A stretch of DNA of 64,000 nt from Planctomycetota bacterium (lineage in GTDB: Bacteria; Planctomycetota; UBA1135; UBA2386): assembly GCA_965223545.1 (NCBI GenBank), contig OZ245006.1, positions 800,001 through 864,000 of the forward strand. Reading direction: 5' to 3'. The notes under the pieces are model-generated. The model was not told the DNA's origin. It ran no database searches and saw nothing but the letters and a program-made list of their open reading frames with translations. The position numbers and the translations under genes were made by a program. Positions 1-9,131 of this stretch are shown here, one piece after another; positions within the stretch are counted from its first letter, which is position 1; each line of letters begins with the position of its first letter.

Positions 1-36
1 CCCTGACCGATACTCCTCCCACCAACGACTGCTCGT

Positions 37-383
37 GGGGGCGATCGGCATCGACCGGATGCTGTCACGGCGGTAGTGGCGTGCCGAGGGCCGGGTGGCC
101 TCGTAAAAACCCGGAAAACCACAAGTGCCAACCAGCACTACGCTCTGGCTGCTTAAGAAGTAGTCACGCCGACGGTCCTTCGCCTGCGGGGGCCCGAGGC
201 GACACTCAGCAGGCTGGTCCCGCGCGGACGTCCGACCCGCGCGCGACGAGATTCTTGTCGGGCTGGCCACAGCGGATCCTGGTCGCCGGAGCCGCGGGGG
301 TGAGACCAAACGACGACCTACGCACGTAGAGGCTGCCGCCGGGGTATCACGGGACGCGGGTTCGATTCCCGCCGCCTCCACCA
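37..383 (+). ncRNA. ssrA: tmRNA (transfer-messenger RNA), tag peptide (A)ANQHYALAA*
   Basis: The 5' end GGGGGCGATCGGCATCGAC pairs with the 3' end CGCCTCC-A-CCA. T-arm GCGGG-TTCGATT-CCCGC. Tag ORF GCC AAC CAG CAC TAC GCT CTG GCT GCT TAA at 127-156 ends in the canonical ALAA. Confidence 0.97.
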
Positions 384-465
384 CTTCAGCGGCTTCGCCG
401 CTGGAGTGATGGTGGCGTCGGGACTCGGTCCCGGCGACGCCGCCTTTGGCGGCGGCGCTGGGATC
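382..465 (+). terminator. Two tandem GC-rich hairpins directly after tmRNA (putative terminator or processing structure)
   Basis: CACTTCAGCGGC-TTC-GCCGCTGGAGTG (382-408, 12 bp including one G-U) and GGTCCCGGCG-A-CGCCGCC-TTT-GGCGGCG-G-CGCTGGGATC (427-465). No clear U-tract. Confidence 0.5.
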
Positions 466-1702
466 GATTCCGTTTCGGGGCCTCGGGGGTCAGGGGATCG
501 GGGGCCGCGCCGTCGTCGTCGTCCTCGTCGCGCTGCAGTGGTTTGACGACGGCGAGAACATCACGACGAAGCTCTGTCGGTGAAGCGAGCGCGTGGAGTG
601 CCGCGCACCGCAGCGCCGGCTCGGTGCTCGCGAGCAAGCGAACCGCCACCTGGACCCACTCCGCCTGCCTCGTGCGGTAGCTCGACAAGCCGAGGATCGC
701 AGCGCACGGTCGCCAAGGGTGGCGTCCTCTGCCGCGGCCAATCCCATGAGCAGGTCGAAGGCTCGCGGGTTCTCGATTCGGCCAAGGTGCTGGAGCGCAA
801 GCTCGCGGGGCGCCCCGGTCAGCACCCTTGCGTGGGTCAGTACGAGATCGACTGCGCGAGGGTCCCGCACACCTGCAAGGGCCGCCAGTGCCAGGGACGC
901 CAGCGGCGGATCTTCACGTTCGAGGTGCGGAACGAGGGCATCGACGACGTCAGACGCGCGTGTGTCGTGTGCGCGCCACAGGGTCCATAGGCTCGCGGGA
1001 GACGACGGGCCATCCAACGCCTCCGCAAGCCACCGGATCTCGCGGGTGGTCAGCGCTCCGACATGCCGAGCGAGCAGCCAGACAACCCGAGATCGGGCCG
1101 GTTCGCTCTCCGGGAGCCCCACGGCGCGGAGACCGTCGAGCCTCACGGGGCCGATCCGGAGGAGCGCGCGCAGACACTCGGGCCCGACGACTTCGGTGCC
1201 GATGTGACGCGCCAGAGTCTCGGCGGCCCGTTCGTTCGGATCGCTGCTCAGGGCATGGGCTGCCTGGCAGCGCATGGCGTCACCGAGGGAAGCGTCCCCG
1301 AGGATGGTCTCCAGCCGGTCGGAGAACAGCCGAACGCGGCCGAGCTGCTCCAGTCGCCAGCAAGCGCGCGACGCGATCGCTCGGTTCGCGAGACGCTTCT
1401 CTCGGATCCCAAGCCCGCACGTCCGACGTCCCCGTCGGTAGGCCGCACTTTGTCCAGTGAGCGTCGGGGAGGAAGCGCTCCGGGAACGCGCACCCGAATT
1501 CGATCGGGTGCTCGGTGCTGTCTCGCCCGCCGACGCGCGGTTGCCCGGCCGGGAAGTCGTGAGGCCGTGACAGGACGGCCGCGATCTCGCGAAGCTCGAC
1601 GACCACGGTTGGGTCGAGCAGCTCGACGTCTGCGTGAGACGCACAAGACGCCGACGCAACCAAGAGCACCAGCGAGGCCAGGCGCTTGCTGTTGGGTGTC
1701 AT
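386..1702 (-). pseudogene. HEAT-repeat (lipo)protein split over three frames
   Basis: A lipoprotein-like signal (LVLLVASASC) lies in ORF 1280-1702. HEAT-like repeats (MRCQAAHALS, LALAALAGVRDPRAVD, RELALQHLGRIENPRAFD) lie in ORF 490-1659, and a further repeat (EPALRCAALHALAS) lies in ORF 386-688. Shifts are near ~1420 and ~710. The true 3' end is uncertain. Confidence 0.6.
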
Positions 1703-1793
1703 GCGGCGCAGCTCCGTGGAACGTCAGGGACTCAGTTTGGTTCATCGAAGCCGTCGAGCCCAGTGTGGCCAGCCTCCGCTACGATGGACTCTC

Positions 1794-3212
1794 GTGCCGA
1801 CTTGGACGATCCAGATCCGCGCCGCTGAAGACGACTCCCCGATCCCCGGCGCGCAAGTGGCGCTCGGCGTGCGACTCGGCCGCAGGGAAGGGTTCGTCTC
1901 GCTGGCCGAAACGGACCGGGAAGGCGGCTGTCAGGTCCACTGCGATCTCGCCGACGACATCGCCCGGTCGGTTGACGTGATGGCCCACGCACCGGGCCGC
2001 GATGCACGGCAGATGGGTATCGGCGATCTTGGATCACAGCCGACCATCCTGCGACTGGCGCAGGGACCTACGATCCGCGGTCGCGTCAGCGACGAGAATG
2101 ACGATCCCGTCGAGGGTGCGAGCGTCGACCTTCGCCGCCACGGACGCACCGGCGACGAAGAGCCTGAGTGGTATGGCTCGACGCCGTGGCCGCCACCGGT
2201 GACCACGGACGCCGACGGCCGCTACGTCCTGCCGTGGTTCTCGTCCTCGTGGCAGGGCCAGCCGGAAGGCGACGAGCTCGCGCTCACGATCGACCATCCG
2301 GAGTTCGCGCCTTGGCAGCGTCGCGGCGTGCAGTCGCTGATTCCGCGCATCGGTGACGCGGAGTTCGATGCCGTGCTCTCGCCCCTTGACGCCTCGAGTG
2401 CGGCACCGACATCGATCGACCCTTGCGAGCCCTGGCCAGAGGAGAGGGTGCCGTTGCGTATCTCGGTCCTCTGCGGTGCGGCGCGCCGACGCGCCTCGGA
2501 AGGTGCCGTGTGGATGTCGTTGGTCGACGCGCCGCGTTTCTCGTTCTGGGTGCCCATCGAGAAGGACGGCCACACTGCGCACCGTCTCATCCCGTCCGGC
2601 ACCTATCGCGCGCAGGTCACCGTTCCCGGCGCGGCGACAACCCATGCGAAGGTCCGCGTCGACTCGACGGGTTGTTCCCCCCACGCCCTACGCGTCAGGC
2701 GAGGCCGCCGTGTCGCGGGTCGCGTGACGGATCGCGACGGTCGTCCGGTCGCCGGCTGCTTCGTGCAGTTCGCCAGCGTTCTCGCGCACGTCACCCCGCA
2801 AGCCCGAGCTACGACCGACGACCGGGGACACTACGAACTGCCCGGCGTCCGTGGACTGTGCTGGATGAGTTTCCAGGCCAGAGGCTTCGCCAACGCCGAC
2901 CGGATCCGATGGATACAAGGCTGGCTGCCGTGGCGCCGCCGCCTCGATGTGGTTCTCCAGCGCGGATGCGTGGTGCGAGGGAGGGTCGTCGGCCCGAACG
3001 GTTCTCCCCATGCCCGCACCTTCGTTCAGCTGCACAGTCGCGGCCGCGGTGCTCAGCCGGTTTGCGGTCACACGGCGTGGACCGATGCGGAGGGTCACTT
3101 CGAGCTGCGCAATGTTCCCAGTGGAAGCGCTCTGCTGATGGCGCTCGAACGGGAAGAGCCGCTGACGTGTCGGGAAGGCGAAGAGGTCGAGCTCGAAGTC
3201 CGCACCGGGTAG
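1794..3212 (+). CDS. Carboxypeptidase regulatory-like domain repeat protein
   Basis: Repeated GRVxDxxGxPVxGAxV...TDxxGxY/F motifs. GTG start at 1794 is an estimate. Confidence 0.75.
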   Translation: MPTWTIQIRAAEDDSPIPGAQVALGVRLGRREGFVSLAETDREGGCQVHCDLADDIARSVDVMAHAPGRDARQMGIGDLGSQPTILRLAQGPTIRGRVSDENDDPVEGASVDLRRHGRTGDEEPEWYGSTPWPPPVTTDADGRYVLPWFSSSWQGQPEGDELALTIDHPEFAPWQRRGVQSLIPRIGDAEFDAVLSPLDASSAAPTSIDPCEPWPEERVPLRISVLCGAARRRASEGAVWMSLVDAPRFSFWVPIEKDGHTAHRLIPSGTYRAQVTVPGAATTHAKVRVDSTGCSPHALRVRRGRRVAGRVTDRDGRPVAGCFVQFASVLAHVTPQARATTDDRGHYELPGVRGLCWMSFQARGFANADRIRWIQGWLPWRRRLDVVLQRGCVVRGRVVGPNGSPHARTFVQLHSRGRGAQPVCGHTAWTDAEGHFELRNVPSGSALLMALEREEPLTCREGEEVELEVRTG

Positions 3213-3313
3213 TTCTCGACTCGACTCGTCCAGGAGTGCCTCCGGCGACGGTCGGCTCTCCCTCAACCCGCCGACCGCCGGGTACCGATGGCAAGAGACG
3301 AGGCCTCCAGCAA

Positions 3314-5920
3314 ATGGGAAGCACCGCCCGTCCGATCCTCACCGCCGCCGCGCTACTCCTCACCGTCCTCGCCGTGGCGCTGGTTCGCTTCGACAGCCCT
3401 TCGTTGCCCGCCACCCCGACGGATCCCGGCGACTCGACGGCCACACCGACCCAGGAGGCCATGACGTCCGACCGCGAGGCTGCCTCCGACCGGGCACGGA
3501 TCGGAGTCTCGCCCCGCAGTGAGGTCGTCGTCTCGAGTCCTATCCCCGGACCGCTGGTCGAGTGTCGGGTCATGCGTGGCTTCGACGCGGAGTTCCCCGG
3601 AGCACGGGTGCGCTTGGAGTTCTTCGCCAACCGCGCGTCGTCGACAACGCCGGAGTTCGCCGCGGTGTTGACTGCCGACGATCGCGGGCTCGTGGTCTCG
3701 CGGCTACCGCGGCTCAACACCGTGGGCTCGGTGCGGTTCACCACCGAACAGGACGGCCACGCGTGTCGCCCCGCCACGGCCCTCGCGCTCCCGGGGCAGG
3801 ACCGGTTGACGGGTATCAAGCTCTACGTCTTCCCGGTCGACCGGCTCGTGCACGGGCGCGTGCAGGACGCTTCGGGCCAACCCGTGCAGGGTGCGCGCGT
3901 CATGGCGTTTCTGAACGAGTCCGTCGAGACCGGTGAGTGCGGCACGTTTCAACTCACGGTGTCGTCGGCCTACCCGCAGGTGCGCTACTCGGTCTGCGCG
4001 CCCGGCTACGGGGTTGTTCGGGATTCGCTGACTCTCGGAACGGAGGACCCCACACGGGTGGTGGTGACGTTGCAGCCGGGCTTCGAGATCGGGGGCAGGG
4101 TGACCGACCCGGACGGGCGTCCGCTGATCGGTGCGAGAGTCGCCACGGCCCACCTCGGGCTCGCGGGCCATTTCGTCACATCCGGCCAGGACGGGACCTA
4201 CTCGATCACATCGGCGCAGCCTGGACGGCGCCGGTACTCGATGACCGCGAGTCACCCGGGCTATGCCGCCAAGAGCCTCTGGGTCGATGGCGGCGGCAAG
4301 CGGGCGCAGGCGGACTTCGCCCTGGCGCGCGGGGCCACGGTCGAGGGCAGGGTTGTCGCGCCCGACGGGTCCCCGGTCCAGGGTGCGCATGTCCGGGTGG
4401 CGCGCATCACCGACGTGACCACCGCGGATGGGTCTTTCCGCCTGGCGGATCTTCCCTCCGGCGCGCAAACCCTGGAGGTCGATCGGCCGGGCTTCGCTCC
4501 GCTGCAGGACGAAGTCGTGCTCACCGCCGGTCGGACCTCGGCCGGACACACTCTGACTCTGTGCGAGGGCGGTCAGGTCTCCGGCACGGTGACGGACACC
4601 GAGGGCAACGCACTGGGTGGCATCGCCGTCCGGCCCATGGTCGGACGGCGGTATCTCGAACGCGAGGCGACGACGAACGAGCGTGGCGAGTTCACCATCG
4701 CGGATCTGCCCGAGGGAGCGGACGCGGTCGATCTCGTCGGGGTTGGTTTCGTCGCCATCCGGCGGGCGAGGATCCGGGTCGGCCAGACCGATGCGAGCTT
4801 CCGGATGCAACGGTCGGTGGAGTTGCACGGCCGCGTCGTCGACGCCGGCACGGGTCGGCCGATCCCCGCGTTCCGCATCCGCATGCTCACGACGAATCCC
4901 GGGATCTCCGTGACTTGGGTGCGCGAGGGAGTGCAGTTCCGAGATGACGAGGGGCGTTGGAGCACCCACCGCGAGCTGATCGCTCCAGGGACGCAATTCA
5001 CGCTTCAAGCACATGCGGCCGGCTACGCCCCGTGCACCGTCGAGGGGGTCGAGGCCAGCCACGACATGCATGCCGTCGTCTTCGAGCTGCAGCCCGCGCT
5101 CGGTCTACAGGGCCGCGTGCTGCAACAGGAGAGCGGCGTCCCCACTCCGGGCCTGGAGGTCGAGCTCGTGGCCGATGCATTGCCGGTGGGCGACCGCGAC
5201 CACCCGTCGTCCAGACAGCTCACGACCACGGACCCCGCCGGGCGCTTCTCGTTCGACGGCCTTGCCGACAGGGACTATCGGGTCGTGCTCCGGGACAATG
5301 GAAGGCTCCTGCAGATCGGTGCGCCGGTGAGGGCGGCGCCGCTGGGCGCCGAACGGATCGTCTGGCTGCGCCCCCCAACGACACTGGTCGGTCGACTGCT
5401 GGACGGCGACGGCGAGCCCCTCGGAGCCGCCGACATCGTGCTCGGCCGGCAACGCATTGCGGGCGTCCCGTCCAGCGACTCGCCGCGCACGGCCCGCTCC
5501 GACGGCGCGGGGCGCTTTCGGTTCGAGGGGCTGCAGGCCGGCCCCTACGAGCTGACGGCTACCGCGTACTCGCGAGCCGGAGCCAGCGTCGTGTTCCACG
5601 AGTCGATCGTGATCTCGGGCGAAGCGGACGCGGAGATCACCGTTCGCCCCGCCGGGAGATGCCGCCTGCAAACGGAAGTGCGCCTGCCACCCGGTGCCAC
5701 GAACGCCATCGTGCAGGTGGTCTGCACCGACGGCGATCCGCGCGCTTTCCGCGCCGCGGTCCAGGAGGGCCGCGTGTCGCTGGTCGGGTTGCCCGCGGGC
5801 CCGTGCAGAATCGCGGTCTTCTATCAGTCCTCGGGCCGTCGCGCCGTCTACAACCGACCCGAGCCGCTCATGCTCCACGGCAGAGGGTGGATTCGAGTGC
5901 GGCTCGATATGCGGAACTGA
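3314..5920 (+). CDS. Membrane-anchored carboxypeptidase regulatory-like domain repeat protein
   Basis: N-terminal TM (ILTAAALLLTVLAVALV), a Pro/Thr linker, then ~7-8 beta-sandwich repeats (e.g. GRVQDASGQPVQGARV, GRVTDPDGRPLIGARV). Confidence 0.85.
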   Translation: MGSTARPILTAAALLLTVLAVALVRFDSPSLPATPTDPGDSTATPTQEAMTSDREAASDRARIGVSPRSEVVVSSPIPGPLVECRVMRGFDAEFPGARVRLEFFANRASSTTPEFAAVLTADDRGLVVSRLPRLNTVGSVRFTTEQDGHACRPATALALPGQDRLTGIKLYVFPVDRLVHGRVQDASGQPVQGARVMAFLNESVETGECGTFQLTVSSAYPQVRYSVCAPGYGVVRDSLTLGTEDPTRVVVTLQPGFEIGGRVTDPDGRPLIGARVATAHLGLAGHFVTSGQDGTYSITSAQPGRRRYSMTASHPGYAAKSLWVDGGGKRAQADFALARGATVEGRVVAPDGSPVQGAHVRVARITDVTTADGSFRLADLPSGAQTLEVDRPGFAPLQDEVVLTAGRTSAGHTLTLCEGGQVSGTVTDTEGNALGGIAVRPMVGRRYLEREATTNERGEFTIADLPEGADAVDLVGVGFVAIRRARIRVGQTDASFRMQRSVELHGRVVDAGTGRPIPAFRIRMLTTNPGISVTWVREGVQFRDDEGRWSTHRELIAPGTQFTLQAHAAGYAPCTVEGVEASHDMHAVVFELQPALGLQGRVLQQESGVPTPGLEVELVADALPVGDRDHPSSRQLTTTDPAGRFSFDGLADRDYRVVLRDNGRLLQIGAPVRAAPLGAERIVWLRPPTTLVGRLLDGDGEPLGAADIVLGRQRIAGVPSSDSPRTARSDGAGRFRFEGLQAGPYELTATAYSRAGASVVFHESIVISGEADAEITVRPAGRCRLQTEVRLPPGATNAIVQVVCTDGDPRAFRAAVQEGRVSLVGLPAGPCRIAVFYQSSGRRAVYNRPEPLMLHGRGWIRVRLDMRN

Positions 5921-5962
5921 GATACTGTCGGGCAAGCCCTCGCGTGAGAGAGCAATCTCAGG

Positions 5963-7282
5963 ATGCAGACCCGTTCTTGGCACAAGTCCGCGGCCTTTCT
6001 GGCTGGAGGCACTGTCTGCGCCGCCCTGCTCATCGTATTGCTCTGGCCAACCGACTACCAATCCTCGGAGCAAGCGTTCGCTGAAGCCGCGCCGCAACAA
6101 GTGCTCGACGTACGCGGTCCCGCCCCGGAGGATCGTCGCCCCGCCAACAGCTGGAACGTCATCGTGGTCGACGAGACGAGCGGAAGACCGCTGCCGAATC
6201 TCGAGATCGCCTGGCAACAGAGTGGTGAAGATGAGCGGCACGTGACGACGGATCGCGACGGGCGCCTGACGCTGGCCGCGGTTGGTCTGGCCGCTCTTAC
6301 GTCGCCGCGCGAACCCGCCGAGTTCACGCCGCGTCAGGTCTTCGTGACGGAAGATCAGCAGATGATCTCGGTGACCACGATCGCCGAAGTAAGGGTTGCC
6401 TGGGACGGACCGAGGCCGGGTTCGCTCGAACTCGTACTCGTGCCACAACGCGATTTCGCACAAAGCACCTCGGACCCCCGCGTCGTGCACCCCGCGGAGT
6501 TCAGCCGCGGACTCCCCCCGACGTCGCTGAACGGAGGAACCGCGCAATGGACGGGCATTTCGGCTGAGGAAGAATGGCGGCTCGTCGCTGCCGCGGATCG
6601 ACTGCACCATGTGGAGCCCCGGCATGAGGCCTGGGCGGACCCCATGGGCTCCGCCCGTTACTCCGAGCTCGAATCCTGCCCAGCAAGCGCGCTACTGCGT
6701 CTCGAACCCGGCGGCGTCATCGAGCTCCGGATCCATACGCTCAGCAGAACCCGCATTCACTGTCACTTCGGCGGTCTCGCCGAACACACCGAGGCGCGCA
6801 TCCTCGCGCGCCACTGGGTCGGCCAGGGCGGCGGAGGTGGTGTCTGGAGCATGCTCTCCAATGCGTGGCGAGGAAAGCCGACCTCCGATCCAGTCCTCCT
6901 CGCAGATCTACCGACGGGTCCATGGCGGATCGACTTCTGGGCACGCACGGACAACCACTTCGCCGTCGGCGCCGCGTTCGTCGAGCTGTCCACTGACCAA
7001 CGTGTCGATCTCCAACTCGACGCACGGATGGGTACGGGATCGCTGACCTTCGAAGTGCCGCATGATCTTCCGGCGGCCCACTGGTTGCTGGACACGCGCT
7101 CGACGGTTGCCGGAAGGCCAGGGTTGATCGGGATGACCGTTGCTGGAACCCACGACTTCAACCAGGGCGACGTGATCACTGTGACCGGCATCCCCGGCTC
7201 GCAAGGGCAATTCCACGCGTTCCCCGATCGGGCCGAGTCGTTTGGGTTTCAGTACGACTTGTCAAAAGGAACCCATTACTGA
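5963..7282 (+). CDS. Membrane-anchored hypothetical protein (divergent carboxypeptidase-regulatory-like repeat)
   Basis: N-terminal TM and the motif VIVVDETSGRPLPNLEI...TTDRDGRL. AGGA lies immediately before the ATG. Confidence 0.7.
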   Translation: MQTRSWHKSAAFLAGGTVCAALLIVLLWPTDYQSSEQAFAEAAPQQVLDVRGPAPEDRRPANSWNVIVVDETSGRPLPNLEIAWQQSGEDERHVTTDRDGRLTLAAVGLAALTSPREPAEFTPRQVFVTEDQQMISVTTIAEVRVAWDGPRPGSLELVLVPQRDFAQSTSDPRVVHPAEFSRGLPPTSLNGGTAQWTGISAEEEWRLVAAADRLHHVEPRHEAWADPMGSARYSELESCPASALLRLEPGGVIELRIHTLSRTRIHCHFGGLAEHTEARILARHWVGQGGGGGVWSMLSNAWRGKPTSDPVLLADLPTGPWRIDFWARTDNHFAVGAAFVELSTDQRVDLQLDARMGTGSLTFEVPHDLPAAHWLLDTRSTVAGRPGLIGMTVAGTHDFNQGDVITVTGIPGSQGQFHAFPDRAESFGFQYDLSKGTHY

Positions 7283-7983
7283 ACGGAGCGGGGCGAGGGC
7301 CGACACGGTGGCCTCTCGTGTTTCTCGCGCAGTTCCTGGTCGGAGTCCACGAGGCCAAGAATCCTGATCAGCTCGACACCGTCTCCGCTTCCTCGCGCGA
7401 CGATCTCCAGCAGGTCGTGGGGTGAGATGCCGTCCATCAGGGGGCGCAACTCTCCGTCCGAGACCCTGCGACGCACGATCAAACGAGACTCATGGAGAGG
7501 GCCACCCATGATTCGCCATGGCTCCAGATCGAACTCGAGACTCCATTGGCCGTCTTGCCCGCACTTCACGCTCGCTGCTCCACTGGCGCCGACTGCACCG
7601 CGGATTACGGTCTCCTCGTTCGGTATGCAGTCGTCGACCGCTTCGTCGGGGATCGCGCAAGCGGGGTGCATCTCGATCCGCTTCTCCTCGGGAGTCACCG
7701 TCAGCCACCCGGTGACGCCGTCGCCGGGTAGCAGGCCGGACCACTGAACCGCGCCCCTGTTGTCGACCGGGGAGTCGAGAAACAGCGCGAAGTGCCACTG
7801 CTCTTGAGCGCTGCCGATCCCGATCCATGCCCGGCCCTGGATGGAGGGCGTCGAATCCTGCAGCAAGTAGGTCTCCGCGATGAAGCCATCGCACCACAGA
7901 CCTATCCGCCGACACTCCGCGACCGCCGACATCTCGTGAGACACGCGGTACTCGAGTCGGCTCCAGAACTCAGGCTCTTCCAC
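7276..7983 (-). CDS. Hypothetical protein, apparently two-part; the C-terminal half resembles the N-terminal region of DUF2262-type proteins
   Basis: GGAGG SD upstream of the GTG start and globular-looking composition. The family resemblance is from memory only. Confidence 0.55.
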   Translation of the reverse strand: MEEPEFWSRLEYRVSHEMSAVAECRRIGLWCDGFIAETYLLQDSTPSIQGRAWIGIGSAQEQWHFALFLDSPVDNRGAVQWSGLLPGDGVTGWLTVTPEEKRIEMHPACAIPDEAVDDCIPNEETVIRGAVGASGAASVKCGQDGQWSLEFDLEPWRIMGGPLHESRLIVRRRVSDGELRPLMDGISPHDLLEIVARGSGDGVELIRILGLVDSDQELREKHERPPCRPSPRSVQ

Positions 7984-8078
7984 GGACTTGCCCTCCGATG
8001 CGATGCTCGACCTTCACGAGAGGCTCGACTCTACCCGCGGCTGAACGCGGAGGCTCGACTCCCGCGATCTCCTGGGCG

Positions 8079-9050
8079 TCAGAACCCGAGAACGAGATCG
8101 ATCGCGTTCAGCAATACGAGCTGATTGGGGCCCGCCGCAGGCGCCTGCAGCCGCGCAGCCTGCGTAAACAGGGTCACGCCACTGAGGCTCGGGAGCGCCG
8201 GCACGGCAACCGCGTGCTGCCCCGCCGAGGCGCCGCCGCGGGTGTCGAGCTCGAGCGGAGTGAGCACCAGTAGCTCACCGAACGGAAACAGCGTCCCGCT
8301 CGTGGGCCCGTTGAGGCCGGCGAAGATCGTCGTCGCCACCGTCGTCTGCCCGGTGGGCGCAGGCGCGACCGTCGCCTGCCAGCTGGTGCCGAGGACGGGC
8401 CGGTTCTGGCACGCGAACTCGACGGGGTTCACGCCGCTGCCGTTGCGCACCGCGCAGCTGGCGGCGGTGGCGTACTCGACCTCGAGATCGTCCAACCAGA
8501 TGAAGCCCTGCAGGACGCCGTTGCCGACGATCTCGATCCTGCCGAGCGGCACGTCGGACTCCCATCCGTTCCAGTACCAGTTCGTGCCCGGCGCCGGGAT
8601 CGACACGACTTCCGATTCGAGCAGCCCGCCCGCCGTGTCGTAGAAGCTGGCGGTGGCATCCGCCCTCCCGCTCGTGTTGGTGAAGTAGGCGCCGATCTTG
8701 GTCACCGGTCGGTTGAAGACGATCGCCTGCGGCGAGGTGGCGCCGATCAGGTAGTTCGGCGATCGGGGGATGGCACAGTCCCCGCTGAAGCACGATCCGA
8801 ACCAAAGGTGGATCGTGGTGTTGTTGGGCGGGGGCAGCATCGTCGCGAACGTCACGTCGCCGCCGAGCACCTCGATCGAGGCGCGGATGCGGAAGCTGGT
8901 GGAGATGATCCGGTCGAAGCTCTCGGAGGCTTGCCCGACGAACGGGCCGACGGGGCGGACGGGGTCCTGAGCCTGGACCTGGGTGCTGGCGGCGCAGCTG
9001 AGCGATGCGCACAGGAGCGCATTGAAAGCGGGGAATCGGCAGTGGGTCAT
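8079..9050 (-). CDS. Secreted protein with a conserved ~125-aa C-terminal domain
   Basis: Signal peptide ending VQA-Q. Tail RPVLGTSW...LSGVTLFTQ...LVLLNAIDLVLGF. Confidence 0.8.
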   Translation of the reverse strand: MTHCRFPAFNALLCASLSCAASTQVQAQDPVRPVGPFVGQASESFDRIISTSFRIRASIEVLGGDVTFATMLPPPNNTTIHLWFGSCFSGDCAIPRSPNYLIGATSPQAIVFNRPVTKIGAYFTNTSGRADATASFYDTAGGLLESEVVSIPAPGTNWYWNGWESDVPLGRIEIVGNGVLQGFIWLDDLEVEYATAASCAVRNGSGVNPVEFACQNRPVLGTSWQATVAPAPTGQTTVATTIFAGLNGPTSGTLFPFGELLVLTPLELDTRGGASAGQHAVAVPALPSLSGVTLFTQAARLQAPAAGPNQLVLLNAIDLVLGF

Positions 9051-9131
9051 GAGGGGAGTCCGTCGGGGTTCGGGGCGCGGTCCGGTGGTAAGCCCTCAGC
9101 CGACCCGGACGTCACGAGAAAAGCAGGAGCG

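Noticed and set aside
81..329. 82-aa ORF
   Set aside because: It lies inside the tmRNA. Only the tag at 127-156 is coding.
2423..3313. N-terminal extension of the 1165-aa ORF
   Set aside because: It overlaps the 1794-3212 gene in another frame with Arg/Pro-rich shadow composition. The TM-bearing start is ATG 3314.
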